Below the pieces are notes generated by a model, which made no database searches, was not told where the DNA came from, and saw nothing but the letters and a program-made list of their open reading frames with translations. Of a stretch of 64,000 bases of DNA, positions 24,198-38,577 are shown one piece after another. How positions within the stretch are numbered: the stretch's first letter is position 1; every line of letters starts with the position of its first letter. The stretch lies in NCBI GenBank assembly GCA_051294375.1, contig CM119271.1, positions 15,320,770 to 15,384,769 of the forward strand, in the 5' to 3' direction. The DNA is from Paraspadella gotoi (lineage: Eukaryota > Animalia > Chaetognatha). A program made the position numbers and the translations under genes.

Positions 24198-24902
24198 GAG
24201 ATATCAGGAATTCAGGAATGATGCAAAAAGAGCAATGTAAGAAGAATGGTCAATAGTCAATTTCAATAGTTAATCGTCAATACATGAATATAATTTGCTA
24301 ATATTCACAAATATTAAAATGGAATGCAAATAAAGTTCACGTATGATTTTAAGAACGACCAGCGATGTTGTAAAAAATTGATGGAGAAATGGGTTGTTAT
24401 TGATACCGTTACTGTTTTTGTATTTAACAATTGTGTTAATATCGTTTTGTTATTAAAAAAAGGGATGGAGAAAATAAAATAAAAATCTCTTAGAGCATTT
24501 GAAAGACATTTGTTCTATTTATTCATGCAAATTTTTATTTTTCAAAAGAAAAAATGGCTATGATGAATAAACCGTTCAAAAATTAAAAATCCTTTACTAA
24601 AGGCTTTAGGCTGTAGCACCATGCTGCACTTTGCTACAGGCTTCACTGGCTACAGCATTTTAAGACACAACTTTTGTATTTTTCAATGACTATGTTTTTC
24701 TGATAAACTTAAACTGTTTTGTCTGTTTTCTTCCGTTTTTCTGTTTTCTCTTTCCCTATTTTCGCACCGACTATTTTCTTCGTCGGAACTACTTTTTTTT
24801 CCTCTCGATTTCTCCGCCGATCGAAATCTTCGCTTCGCTTCTCTCCTTTCCTCGATTCCCACAATTTATTTCTTTTCTTTCTCAATTTGTTTGTCGGAAT
24901 TG

Positions 24903-24963
<61 letters not shown>

Positions 24964-25196
24964 CTCGTAATCGTTCTCTTTCCCCTTTTAACGAGTGGGA
25001 ATCGCCGAAAGCGAGAACAAACACGCGGAGACGCGCGAGAGAACAACCGACTTGTCTCTTGTCTCTGTCTCGCTCTCACTCGCTCTCCGTGTCATCATCC
25101 TTTTTTCATGGCTCTTTCCTTCCGGCGGTCAGAGAGAGAGAGAGGGTGTGGTGGGGAATAGAGAAAGGAAATGGTCTTTTTTTTGCGAACACCATG

Positions 25197-25210
25197 GTTT
25201 CCATGGAAAC
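25197..25210. promoter_or_regulatory. Perfect palindromic RFX X-box
   Basis: GTTTCCATGGAAAC; divergent CCAAT boxes nearby (~25509, ~25545) in a CpG-rich patch. Confidence 0.55.
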
Positions 25211-25849
25211 GAGTCTCATTTGTTCCTCTCTCTCTCTCTCTCTCTCTCGTCGAGTGACGACTCTGTCTCTCTATCTTCTCGACCTCGACCCCACGCCCCC
25301 CATTTCCAATCCTCTCCCTCTCTCTCGCGCGCGACCACCAGCTGGTCAACTCTCTCTCTCTCTCTCCCTCTCTCTCGCTCTCGCGATTCCTTTTCCTGAT
25401 CGAGTCATTGATCGACCGATGAGTCTCCGAGGTTTAGAGAACTCCGCCACTCGCGTCGTCGGAAATCCCATCCGACAAATCGGCGATTCAAAGGCGAAAG
25501 AAGCTGAGCCAATCGGCGACCGAGGAGTTTTTCTCGACGTCGTGATTGGTAGAACACTCGACATATATTCCTCCGCCGGCCGCCGAGTCTCCGTTATCGC
25601 GGAGGAATCGCGGCCACTGCGGTTCTCGGGTGGAGGAGGAAGAGGAAGAAGAAAAGCGAGGGCTCTGACAAGGCAAGAAGGAAGAGGAAGAGGAAAGGAG
25701 ACGAAGGGAGACAGAGCAGAAAATCCCCCGAGCGAGAGAGAGAGGAAGAGAGAGAGAGAGAGTCTTCCATCTTTCCATTTCGGAATCTTTAAAGAAAAAA
25801 AAAGAGGAAATGAAAAGAGGAAACCAAGGAAAAAAGAGCAAGATTGTGT

Positions 25850-25895
<46 letters not shown>

Positions 25896-26930
25896 GAGAG
25901 AGAGAAGCACCTCGGAATCGATTCGAATTCAGGCAGTCCAAAAGCAGAGAGAGAGAGCGAGAAAGTCCAGAATTGGAACTCGGACAGATGGAATAAAAAA
26001 TCTCTCTCTCTCTCTCTCTCCCTCCCTCTCTCTCTGTCCTCGAGACGAGATTAGCTCAATAAAGCAGAAATGAAAGAAATGAAGAAAAGAGGTGAGAGAC
26101 GAATGATCTTAATTGGTTATCGCTACGAACAGCATGAAGATGACTTCATTAGCGGCCGAGGGGATGAGAGGAGGAGAAAGGGACGGACGGACAGACGGAT
26201 TGGCCGATGGACCGACCGGTCTGACGAACGGACTCGTCACAGGAAAGAAACGTCGTTTATCGCATATCAGTGTCGCTAAACTGTCATACTGGTTTTTTCT
26301 TTGTTAGTTTAAAAAATAACCTTATGACATATGATATTTATAATGGTTTAGCTATTTATAAATTTAGCTATTTTTAAATTATAATATAAATTATAAATTA
26401 TAAATTATTATAATATAATTTAAAAGCGTGCATTTTTTCGGGTAAAAATCTGCTATTGAATATTTTTTAACTTAACAAATGTCTAAGTTAAAATAAATTA
26501 ATAGATTAATAATTAGCTTTACTTTCTATTTATAATTAATTTATAACATCAAATCCCCTGACAAAGAGAAAATTGGTTAAAAAATTTCTCATTCTGCGTT
26601 CATTAAAGGAACAAGTTTGANNNNNNNNNNTCTCTCTCCCCGCGAAGAAATTAAAAGGGAGAGAAAGGAAAGAGAGAGAAAAAAAGGATAACCTGATCTC
26701 CTTTTTTTCTCTTTCATTAAAACTCGCGTTTTAATTATGAAGAGAAAAAAGGGGAAAAAAGGGGAAAAAAGGGAAAAAAAGGGAAAAAAAGGGGTAAAAG
26801 GGGGGAAAAGAGGAAAGAAAATAGCGAGAAGGAAGAAAAATGGAGGAGGCGCGGGGAATCGAACGCGGGACCCATTTCTTATCATTAAGTCAAGATTAAC
26901 GATGGAGGAAAGTTGAAAAAAAAAAGAGAT

Positions 26931-27007
<77 letters not shown>

Positions 27008-27727
27008 GAGCGATTACGGAGGCCACGAAGAAAAGGGCGAGGGTTAGCGGCAAAACAAAAAAAAATTTAAATTTGGTGACGAAATTGAAATTAACGTTTT
27101 TGAAATTGAATTGAGAATTTTATGGTGGCGCTTATTACCTTACTCTCTTATAACCTTACCCTCTTTTGACTCACCTCGAGTCTAGAGCCCCACTTTCTTT
27201 CTTCGTCACCTCTTTCACTTCTCTTTTATTTACTCACCCTGAACTCTTGCAGTTCTCATTAAAACCTCTCTTTTAAAATTACCCATTTCTTTTAACTGAC
27301 TTATCTTAACAACAATTAAATCATCTTGTATTATATAAAAATGTATAATGTATATATAAATGTATAATATATATTCCTGTTCTCGTCATATCTTTCCTTA
27401 CTTCACAACAAAGACATTTACTAACATATTGTCTCTCTTTTTCTTCCTCTCCTTCCTTTCCTTCCTCCTTACCTCTCTCTCTCTCTCTCTCTTCTCCCTC
27501 CGAGATCGTAACTTACCTTTTCGATTGTCAAGACTTTTTTTTACGTCGCAGGTTGTTCTTCTGTTCTCCTGTTCTCCTGTTCTTTTGTTCTTTTGAGATA
27601 AAAGCCAAAAACAGATTTCGATTTAACCTTTTGGCTTCCAGCCAATTTTCGCGCCAGTTATATTCCTCTTATTCACTCTCTCTCTCTCTCTCTCTCTCTC
27701 TTTTTGCTCAAAGACAATTCCTCTTGT

Positions 27728-27765
<38 letters not shown>

Positions 27766-28885
27766 ATCTCCGGGTGTCGGGTTATTTACTTAAAATAGTA
27801 ATAATTTCTCCTTTATTATTCTTTATTTATTTATCTGTTTCCAAAACACATTTTTTGATAGGAAATCGAGTGATTAAAATGACGAGAAATAAATGAAAAT
27901 GTTTACAATTCTAGAGGAGGCAGAGGAGGAGGAGGAAGAGGAAGAGGAGGAGGAAGAGAAGGATGAGTATTGACCTTTTCAATTAGACGTAAATTTAATT
28001 AAATAGATCTTTTAATCAGGATTAATATTTAAAAAGATTTTCGGGCAAAATAACATGACAACAGAATTGAAATTTAGTTAGGCGTCGGGCCATTGGCGCT
28101 GACGGCCGGACTTGAAAAGGACAGAAAGATCGAAAGAAATCGAAACGGCGAAGCAGACGACACCGACAAAGCAGACGACACTGACGCCATATTAATTTGA
28201 CGATGAAGACGACTTTTACTTTTACGAGAAATATTTAGAGACATCTTTGACTGGCGTTGTTGCGTAACATTTAATTTTCGTTATTAGTTTATAATCCATT
28301 AATATAATTTTATTATTTTTATTCTGGAAAAGTAACAATGAAAGCTCGTCTTAAATACCTATCGTCTTAATTTTTTTACTACAGTTTAACCTCGTTGCGA
28401 ATTTGTGCAATTCACTGTTCCTCTCTCAGCTTTGTCTTCTAGCCGAAACCTGTTTAATTCTTTGAATTCATGATAAGAAACATTTCTATATATTTTAGAA
28501 CCTTTTCTATGTACGTTAGGGAAAGTAAAAAAACAAATTTCGATCAAGGTACATTGAAAAAGGAAAATTTTTTAAAAAATATCAAATTTTTTCATATAAA
28601 GAAATTCTCAAAAAATTTTGTCGCTTAACTTCAATCGAGTTTTTTCCAAAAAATGTTTTCACTTTCAATTTTTACATTTTATTTTATATAATATTTCATT
28701 TTTTACTCTTAACTTATCATTTTCACTGGTACCAACTTACTTATAACTCTCCTTAATACTTCATACTAATCATTTTCATTTTTGCCGAATTAATTTTATC
28801 GATGACTTTTACTTACTTTTTCCTATCCTTACCTTTCTATATCTCCCTGCATTCCTGACCCCAAACCCCGGCCAATCCCTCTCAC

Positions 28886-29099
28886 CCGGTCTGATGGTGC
28901 GAAGCCAAGGACGAAGGCCCCGCGCTGAACTGATTGTACAGCTGCTGGTGATGTGATGCGGTGATGGGGTGATGCGCGTTGCTGGCGTGATGATGGTAAG
29001 AGTTCTGGAGCGAGTTGAGATGAGACGAGTTGAGATGAGACGAGTTGAGATGAGACGAGTTGAGGAGGGAGTTGGACGATTGCTGCGGGTTGAGGAGGC
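28886..29099 (-). CDS. Internal exon C of the minus-strand TF-like gene (phase 1 to 2)
   Basis: (CT)n-cAG acceptor and GG|GTGAG donor; GLLNPQQSSNSLLNSSHLNSSHLNSSHLNSLQNSYHHHASNAHHPITASHHQQLYNQFSAGPSSLASHHQTG. Confidence 0.8.
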
Positions 29100-29163
<64 letters not shown>

Positions 29164-29427
29164 GAGATAAATTAGAGTACAAATTACAGAAGCCCGGAGA
29201 AAAAAAGAGAGAGTAAAAATTTGTAAAAAGAAAAAAAATCCAAACTCTGAAAGAGAGAGAAAAGTGAATTATGTTTGGCAAATATTAGATAATGAAATTA
29301 TGAGCGTCAGATGTTTGTTCCCCTTCCCCAACTTTTTCCCCGGGGATCAGAAAAGTTGGGCTGAAATTCGATTAAAAACTTTTATTTGTTGAAATCCAGA
29401 AATTTTGAGCGAAAAAAAAGACGCGGG

Positions 29428-29550
<123 letters not shown>

Positions 29551-30025
29551 TGTCAGGAAGGGTGGCTTCCCTTGGTTTTTTTAGAGGTTTGAGTTTTACT
29601 CAAAAGAAAACACATGTTTAAAACGAATTATTTAACGGTTACTTAACTTGTTTTGTTTAAGTAATTTAGAATTTTAAACGTTTTCGTTTACATGGAAGAT
29701 TATGTTTCTATGGACGAGAGGAAAATTTCTTTATTTTCTTTTGCCATTGAGTAAATATCTAGATTCTGTTACGTGGGAAATTTTTTTTAACAAAGATGAC
29801 GACTTGTCACTTTTTATTATTTATTTTTATTTTTCAATTCTTCATAAATGTTGCATATTCAACTGATCATCTTTTTTGAATAAGCCTCGCTCTCAACCTA
29901 ATTTGCATATTATATATTTTATTAAAACTGTTGGAAAATTGTTGAATTCACTGTATATATAAGTAAATAAGTATATAATTATATTTAAGAATAGGAATTA
30001 AATGAACCCGCAGGAAATAACTTAC

Positions 30026-30289
30026 CCGTCGATGATGGTGAGTTTAACGATGGACTGATCGAATGATTGGAGTAATAATTGGATGAGGAGGAGGAAGAGG
30101 AGGAGGAGGCGGCGGGTAGGTGATTTATAGTGGCGGCGAGTGAGGAAGGTGATCCGAGTCCCGGGTGATGAGAAGGATGAGGGGAGGTGAGTCCAGGGTG
30201 ATGAGAATGAGGGGAAGTGAGTCCCGGGTGAGGATCCAGCGCCTCGGCTTTGATGAGGCCGCTCCCGCCGCTCGTCGAGCTGCCGCTCG
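30026..30289 (-). CDS. Internal exon B of the minus-strand TF-like gene (phase 1 to 1)
   Basis: ttccttctcAG acceptor, G|GTAAG donor, 264 nt; ASGSSTSGGSGLIKAEALDPHPGLTSPHSHHPGLTSPHPSHHPGLGSPSSLAATINHLPAASSSSSSSSSNYYSNHSISPSLNSPSST. Confidence 0.82.
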
Positions 30290-30500
30290 CTGAGAAGGAA
30301 TTTGAGAAATGATAAGCGATGAAAAGTAAGAATAATTATTAATTATTAATTATTAATCCATGGTTAATTTTAACTCATGGATATATTATAATTTTTCGAC
30401 TATGATTAATGTATACTAACTATTACAAAATAGTTTAATTAAAATAATGGCTTTATGAAATCGGTGTAACCAATATAAAATTTTTCCAAACCTCTAATGT

Positions 30501-30606
30501 TGCCCCTGATTTTGGATAGGCTTTGGTGGTTTAAGGCCTCCATCACTCTTACAAGATAATAACATAGCAGGACCCTGCAAGATTTCAATCAATATTCTCT
30601 CACAGT
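30501..30606 (-). mobile_element. Dispersed SINE-like repeat (family 2), truncated intronic copy
   Basis: Reverse complement of ~16595-16700. Confidence 0.8.
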
Positions 30607-30822
30607 ATATTTTTTTATTAACTCTCCCCTACTATTTTTTTAACCGTCTTAATTTTTAAATTCTTCATTTTGTTTTTTTTTAAGATGGTGGCTCAACTCA
30701 AAATATTTTGTACAAAGTCAGGGACGAGATAGCTTATTAAATTAATGTATTAATCATAGTTTATGAGTAGTAATAATTGCACTAAATTAATAAACAAACA
30801 AAATATAACAACACCGCCTCAC

Positions 30823-31288
30823 CGCTCGACGAGGACGCCGACGAAGGCGACGACATCGGTGCTCCGATTCGGTTCGACGTCGTCGTCACTCGAAGATGAT
30901 GCTGTGAATGCTGTTGATGTTGCTGCAAATGCTGCAGCGCCTCCGTCTCGGCGAGGCCGCCGGCCGACGCCTCGGCGCGTCCGTCGAGATCCGTCACGCG
31001 CGTCGACGACGACGACGACGAAGACGACGACGACGACGTCGACGATATTCCCTGATCCTCGGCGGACGCGCGCTGCTGCAGGCCGCGACGCTGCTGTTGA
31101 AGCTGCTGGTGAGGTTGCTGAAGCTGCGTCGTCTCGCCCGCGGCGTCGGAGAGGTCGGCGGCGGCGGCGGCGGCGACGCTGACGAAGCCTTCGAGATGCT
31201 CGAGACTTCCGCCCACGAAGGAGCGGAGGGGAGGGGCGGAGGAAGAAGAGGAGGAGGAGGAGCGAGCGAGCGAAGGGTAAGTTAGAGC
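30823..31288 (-). CDS. Exon A of the minus-strand TF-like gene
   Basis: Open Gln/Ser/Ala-rich frame ...VSVAAAAAADLSDAAGETTQLQQPHQQLQQQ...LQHLQQHQQHSQHH...MSSPSSASSSS ending G|GTGAGG (phase 1, matches exon B); 5' acceptor at 31288 or 31447, uncertain. Confidence 0.7.
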
Positions 31289-31619
31289 CTGAGGTAAGGG
31301 GCGAGACGGCGGCGTTGGCGGGAGGGATGGAGCAATGAGAAGGTGAGTGATCGTGCATGACGAGTAGAGGGTTGGGGGGAAGTGGAGCAATTGGGGGGGG
31401 TTTAAAAAGGAGATGGGGGGAGTAGGAGCTGAATAGGTTTATAGGAGCTGGAGCGAGAAGAGAGAGGGAGTGAGTGAGTGGAAATGATAAGCGGCGTTTT
31501 GTGGCGTCGTTGGGGAAGCGAAGCGAGATAGAGTCTTTGATAGAGATGAGTCAGATATAGAAAGAGTTGGGACAGAGAAGGTGGTGAGAGCGAGAAGGTG
31601 TTTTTTTTATTGAGATAGA

Positions 31620-31657
<38 letters not shown>

Positions 31658-31671
31658 AGAGAGAGGAGATG

Positions 31672-31724
<53 letters not shown>

Positions 31725-32089
31725 AATGAACAAGTTCCTTTCTTCTCCAAAGGATTAAAAAAGAAGCGATTTTTTTTCTTCAACAAGTCGGAAAAACTTA
31801 AAAAGAATTTCGGAGATAATATGAAATCCACTGTAGACTAAAATTCAGAATCCGATTTGTTTTTTTACAAAGGCTCCGATTATAAAGAGGTCCAAAAAGT
31901 TAAAAGAATTTATTTCGTTACGAAAAAAAAATTGTCAAGATGTTTTAAAATTCAAAACATGGTCCTATATTAATCGGTACTATTCGGAAAAATGAATCGT
32001 TATTTATTTGACGTTTTTTAATTAAATTATGTTCTTTCTCCCGACGTAATTCCTTTTTCTTTTGCGATGGCGATGATTAAGAATGAATA

Positions 32090-32270
32090 TCGGGTTCGGT
32101 TATGAATTCGGCGGAACGAAAGATATAGTTATGAACGAGCATTAATTCGATGAATGTCAGTTATGAAACAATTCAGCGATGGACGTTTGAGCCAATTCAG
32201 TGATGAACGAATTCGGATAAAGATGAACGATTGAGTGATGAACGAATTCAGTTATGAACGAATGCAGCGA
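32090..32270. repeat. Degenerate ~15-bp minisatellite (TTCAGTTATGAACGAA)
   Basis: About ten recurrences of (t/g)atgaacgaattcag-like words; possibly internal to a non-autonomous DNA transposon. Confidence 0.7.
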
Positions 32271-33245
32271 CCAGGAAACCTTCAATCCTTTACGTCGACC
32301 CTTCGCGATGGCGACTTGTTTTGCCTTTTGTTTTATTTATTTAGTCTTTTGTCTTGTTTTCTTTGTTTAAAAATAAAAAAACAAAGCGAAGGAACATTTG
32401 GAGAGTCAAAAACGCGCGTTTTATAATAAAAAAAGTTTAAATAAATCAAAATCGAATGTTTAATTTGTGTTTTTTTGTTTTTTTTTATTCCGCTCTGTTT
32501 TCGTGAGACAGCAGCGTAGCTTAATCTTTTAGATATATTTCGTTTTGGCTTTATTAATTAATTAATATAATTCGTCATTCTTATATTTTTCGGGGAAAAA
32601 AAAACCGATTTTTTTTTCCTCGGGCGGCGGGATTTGCGTGTGTGTGAGAGAGAGAGAGAGATAGAGAGAGAGAGAGATATATTGGTTTTCGTCGTCTACT
32701 TCCTCTAAAAAAAAAGACGCGCAGATTACGACGAAGGCGCGGCGAAGACGACGACGATGAGGACGACGACGACGACGAAGAAGAGGAAGAGGAAGAAGAA
32801 GAGGAAGAGGAAGAAAGATTCCGATTTCACGGAAGGAAAAATTCTCTCTTCGTCTCTGGAAGAAAATTTCGCAATGGAATCAATGGGAGGAGGAAGAGGA
32901 GGAGGAGAAGGAAGAGAATCTCCAAGAAGGAATAAAGAAAAAAAAGGAAAAAAAACCAAACGGGAGGACGAGGAAAGGAAGACGACGACGACGACGACGA
33001 CGACGAAGAGGAAAGGAAGGGACGACGAGGCAGCCCAGGGCTGAGAAGCTCGGACCTTCTCTCTAGATTAAGAAAAGGATTGAAAGAGTTTTGCTTAGAT
33101 GAGAGGAACTAAGATGAAAATAAGATGTCGCTTGTTCTTTTATTTTTTTGTTTTTTTTAGTAAGACGAGAAGAATTTAAAAAAAAGAACTTTGGAGGGCG
33201 AGTCGAAAAAGTTCGGGTGAAATAGAAAGAGCGAGGCATAATTTT

Positions 33246-33400
33246 GTGTGTGACGAGTATAATGCCGGATATCCAAGTGTGTGACGAGTATAATGCCGGA
33301 TATCCAAGTGTGTGACGAGTATAATGCCGGATATCCAAGTGTGTGACGAGTATAATGCCGGATATCCAAGTGTGTGACGAGTATAATGCCGGATATCCAA
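33246..33400. repeat. 31-bp perfect tandem repeat x5
   Basis: gtgtgtgacgagtataatgccggatatccaa, head-to-tail with no spacers. Confidence 0.97.
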
Positions 33401-33877
33401 GGTCTGATGGAAGTTCATTAGTCAGTGTCGGATGTCAATGAAAGAACAAAATTTCAAAATTTGATTTAAAAATGTATTGGCAGATTTGAACAATCAAAAG
33501 TGGGGATTTTTTTAATGCGGTTATAGATTTGCTGTAACTATTTTGTACCGGGAATTGAATGATATTGGTAAAAAAAAATATAAGTTTTTTGATTTGAAAT
33601 TTAACTTTATCATCAAATTAAAAAAGTGATTTACAATAAACTTACCCAGACAAAGCTTACCTTAAGAAAACACTAATATTTCACGCCCCCTATTGCAGTT
33701 TAATATCTATATTTAACTTAAGATTACATTACATTTAACGTTGAATTAAAAAATACTTAACATTACATCCCCGCGATAGATTTTTGAGTCTCGAGCATCG
33801 AGAAAGTTTAAAGTTTTGAATCGGAAACCAAGAGATGTCGCTTGGCTTATCAAGTGGAATTGCAGATTACCGTTACG

Positions 33878-33987
<110 letters not shown>

Positions 33988-34553
33988 GTGGTTCTTTCAT
34001 CTTTGCTTTCTTTCTCTTTTTTACTTCGTTAATTTGTCATCTTTTTTTATCAATATTATATCTTAGACATATTCAATATTCAATGAAGAATTTTTTCCGA
34101 CTTTTTTTATTTTATTATTTCTTTTTCATTTTCCTTTTATTTTTTTCCCTTTCATTTTCCATCTCCATCTTTCACACTTTTTATCTTTGTACACGTACTT
34201 ATCTATTCTTCTTCATACCCTTTTTCTCTCTTTATTCACCTTTCTATCATCTTTTCTTCTTATCTGCATATTTTAATAACTTCCTCTCTATATTGACTTC
34301 TTCACCTTTTATCATTAATATCTTTTCTATCTTTTCTTCCTATCTATTCTCACCTCTCTTTCCTCATCTTAACTTATCTTTACCATCTTCCTTCCGTCGA
34401 CTCTGTGTCTTTTTCCCCTCTCTCTTTCATCTCCCTCTCGCTCTTCCCTTTCCTCCCTTTCCTCCGTCTCTCTCTCTCTCTCTCTCCCTCTCTCTCTCTC
34501 TCTCCGTCTCTCATCGAGTCAAGGTTAAAGCGTTTCCCTCCATCCATCACCGA

Positions 34554-34663
<110 letters not shown>

Positions 34664-35694
34664 CCCTCTCTAACTCTTTCCATTTATCGCCGAAGAATTT
34701 TAGAAAATATTTTATGCATATTTTACATATCTGGACATACGTTTGAACCATACAATTCTAGTATAGATTCTATTTTCTAGTAGCTAAATATTTCGTTACA
34801 CTGACTCGATCTTATTTCGATCGGTTGTAAGATCGATTTGAAATCGGCTAAAAAAAAAACAACAACCAAGATCATTATTAATAGTTTTTTTATTAAATCC
34901 CTTTTCAAAAACAGCATTTGACAAGAACAATGTATACAATTAATAAAATAATTGTCACTTAAAACTCGAGAAAAAAAAAATCTAATCTAATTAGCGGGAA
35001 TCGAACTCGAGAACTTCCGGGCCACGCCCCCTCCCTCCCCGAAGTAGGGGGGAGGAAGAGGAGGGGGAGGAGCACGACGACGACGACGACGACGACGAAA
35101 GAGGGTCGTCGCAGTTCAACGGGAAAAAGATTGACGAGACTCAAATTGGAAGGGCAAACACGGTTGGGGGGGGCAGAATAGAGAGGGAGGGAGGGANNNN
35201 NNNNNNNNNNNNNNNNNNNNNNNNNNNNNNNNNNNNNNNNNNNNNNNNNNNNNNNNNNNNNNNNNNNNNNNNNNNNNNNNNNNNNNNNNNNNNNNNNNNN
35301 NNNNNNNNNNNNNNNNNNNNNNNNNNNNNNNNNNNNNNNNNNNNNNNNNNNNNNNNNNNNNNNNNNNNNNNNNNNNNNNNNNNNNNNNNNNGAGAGGGAG
35401 GGAGAGAGGGGTTAGAAGATGGGTTGATGTGACGGGGGGTGAAAATCGTTTGAGCGACGATGACGAAGAAAGACGGATGACGACGACGACGAAGATTTAA
35501 GTTGAGGCCACGCCCACGACGCTAACGACGATTACATACGGGTGCCACATCCACAACGACTATTTACATCCGGGACTAAGCATGTATCCTTACTTCTTCT
35601 ATCTTCCTTTTTCCCTTCTACGCTTCTTTCCTTTCCTTTCCNNNNNNNNNNGAAAACGACGACGTCAATCGAGACGGAAATGGAATTTGAGGCG

Positions 35695-36270
35695 CGCCAC
35701 TTGTCACGCTCGGCGTCACGGTTGACGCTGCGTCACTCCGTCTCGCTCCGTGGCGCGAGACGGTTTTCGCGATCCGATTTACGTTTGACGCCGGGCGCGT
35801 GACTTTTTCTTCCGTCTCGCGTCACGAGGTTAAGGAGTTCGTGTCACTCGATGCTCCGGGTTTTTGTGATGATTGAGGTCGTCTTACGTGTCACGGTGTC
35901 ACGGTGTCTTTGGTCTTTCGTGTTACGGTTTACTACCATGAAGGTACGAAATTGTTTATTATTAAAACGAACTTTACTTCTTTTTTTTACATTTTCGCGC
36001 GCGATTTTCTCACATCTCGAGTTTAACGTCTCACATCTTCATTCACAACAAAGATTTTTAACAGAAACATTACAACCTCGTGTCACGTTCGTCCTCGTGA
36101 CAGTCACCCTCCGTCTCACTCTCAGTGACAGCCACTCTCCGTCACATGCCACGTTCTCTGTCACTCACCACGCCGCCCCCTTCTGGTCCGAGAAGAAACC
36201 AAGAAACCGGAAGTGATTTAACGCGAAGATGATGACGTCATTAGAGTTGACATCGACTGACGTCATATTT
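35695..36270. promoter_or_regulatory. Candidate enhancer/promoter: GTCAC(G) cluster plus ETS and two CRE sites
   Basis: About a dozen GTCAC/GTGAC words in 35700-36170, ACCGGAAGTG (~36206), TGACGTCA twice (~36233, ~36258). Confidence 0.45.
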
Positions 36271-36378
36271 GCTGAAGGAATGACGAACGACGAGCGAGGG
36301 ATCAAATTCGTGATTAGGATTGATATCGAAATTGTGTGGAGGGAGGGTGGAGGNNNNNNNNNNNNNNNNNNNNNNNNN

Positions 36379-37125
36379 TTCCTTATGCTTTTAAGATTTT
36401 TTTAACTTGCCATCATTTTTCAACTTGCATAATTTTTTCAACTTGCATTCCGTTCAAAAACTTTTATCTTAGCTTCTTCACTCACTTTCCTACCGGCTGA
36501 CAAAATTTCATCTCAATCTATCATGGGTTAAAATAAAATAAAAACTTCAAGTTAAATTTGTGACTCATATTTTTTCATTTAAACTCATTTCCACTGGTTA
36601 CGTTCCAACTGGAAACTTTATATTCAAGCTTCGTCACACATTTTCCTACCCACACACAAAATTTCAACTCAATCTATCCATCCATTATGATTAACTTTAG
36701 AGTATTTATTTGGTTAAAAAATTAAGTTAAAAAGATTTTAGTAAATTCGACTTATTTTTTTCCATTTAAAACAATTTCCACTTCACACGATTCCATTCGA
36801 AACTTTATATTCCAGCTTTATTCACACCACTTTCCTACTCACACACAAAATTTAATTTCCCAAATCCAACCAGGCCAATCACGAGTATGAGTTTTTTGCT
36901 AAAGAGGCGACGGATGACGGATTTATTGACTAATTGAATTAATTAAACTGATAATTATTTGATTTATTAATACACCTGCATATACATTTAATATAAAAGG
37001 AAAAAGAAGGCATAATCAATTAGTTAAAACAGTTTTTTTGTTTTTTTCCATTTAAACTCAATTTCCACTCAAACTATTCTATCGAAACTTGATTTCCTGT
37101 TCAATCACACACTTATCCTACCCAC
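36379..37125 (+). mobile_element. Second copy of the Helentron-associated/DINE-1-like repeat
   Basis: Collinear with 9622-10400. Confidence 0.75.
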
Positions 37126-38526
37126 AAGTGGGGATATTTTTCATAAAATTGATCGGTAAATTAGTTAGTAACTTTCAAATGTTTTATCAAGGATCTGCTA
37201 GGAATAGTTTTCTTACTGGTAAGGATGAATTCATGTAATAAATTCACTCATGAATTTACCCAAGATATGAATTTAATAGTTTATTTTCCAATGAATCCAT
37301 AAAGAGGAGGAAGTAAGAGGAGGAGTAAGAGGAGGAGTAGGCCGGAGGAGGGCAGGGTGTCTCTGAAAAACAGGAGTGTATTTACAAGAAATGGGAGCAT
37401 GAATTCATAAAATCATGAAATTCATGTTTATTGTAAGTTCGTTGGTAGTCGAATTCATAGTCGAAAAATAGGCGCTTCACTATAAGTGCCTTCCTCCTCC
37501 TCCTCCTCCTAATCCCAACTCAAACCGATGATCCCATTTCCGTTTCAGATCTTCCACAGGAGAGAGGGAGCGAGAGGAGGGAGAAAAGGAGAAGAGGGAG
37601 GAAGGAGGAGAGAGAGAGAGAGAGAGAGACCTCCTCTATTCGAAAGACTCTTCGAAAAACAAAATTAATTTGGAGATTAGGGATGTTGATTACAGGTATC
37701 GGCGGAAGGCGAGGAGAAAAAGGGAGAGAGAGAGAAGATGGATGAGAGAGAAGAGAGAGAGTGAGAGAGAGAGATGGAGAGAGAGAGAGAGAGAGAAGAG
37801 AGATGAGAGAAGTAGAGATGTATGGCTTCCAATCGTAGATCAAGAAGTGTAACAGTGCAGAGTAAGTAACGGAGAGAGACACTAAGAGAATTGAATGTAA
37901 TAATAGAAGTACGAGAGAGAGAAATAAGATAAAGAGGAAAGAAAGAGAGACGAGAGAAGAGAAGAGACGAGAGGGAGAGAGAATGAGAGAGAGAGACTGG
38001 AGGAGAGAGAAGGAGGAGAAGAGATAGAGAGACTGAGAAAGAGAGAGAAAAATTGCTGCATGCATGGTTCCAATAGTTGGAAGGTCCCGAAGAAGATTTG
38101 AGGAATATTTTCTCGCGCGGAACCACAAACCGAGGGAATTTGGATTGATCGTAGAGAAGTGAGAGAGAGAGAGAAGAAGAAGGAAGAGAAGAGATGAGAG
38201 AGAGGAGGGAGGAGAGAAAGAGAGAACGTCTGAATGTAAAATTTCGACGGCGACGAATTTAAAGCGGAGAAGAACTCTCCTTTTTTACTCTCTGTCACCC
38301 TGCATAGTCTATTACGTCCTGGATTTTCTTCTTTTTTCTTCTTATCTTTCTTTCTTTCTTTCTTTTTCTTTCTTTTTCTTTTCTTTATTGACTTTCTATA
38401 TATTATGATTTATGATTTCTTGAATTTCTTTGATTTTCTTGATTTATTTGTATATTGTGCTGCTTATTATGTTCTTTCTATTAAAATAAGTTTTTCTTAA
38501 TTTTACACTTCATTAGAATTTTTTTT

Positions 38527-38577
<51 letters not shown>

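Noticed and set aside
32726-33044. Acidic/basic ORFs (poly-D/E, poly-T, KRKR)
   Set aside because: Explained by GAC/GAA/GAG simple repeats; no convincing splice partners.
33246-33400. CRISPR-like 31-bp repeats
   Set aside because: Head-to-tail with no spacers, no cas genes, and a eukaryotic context.
38050-38320. Tudor-like (SPSKFYIQ) or homeodomain-like (WFRARK) peptides on the minus strand
   Set aside because: Isolated short matches in noisy sequence with no supporting neighbouring motifs.
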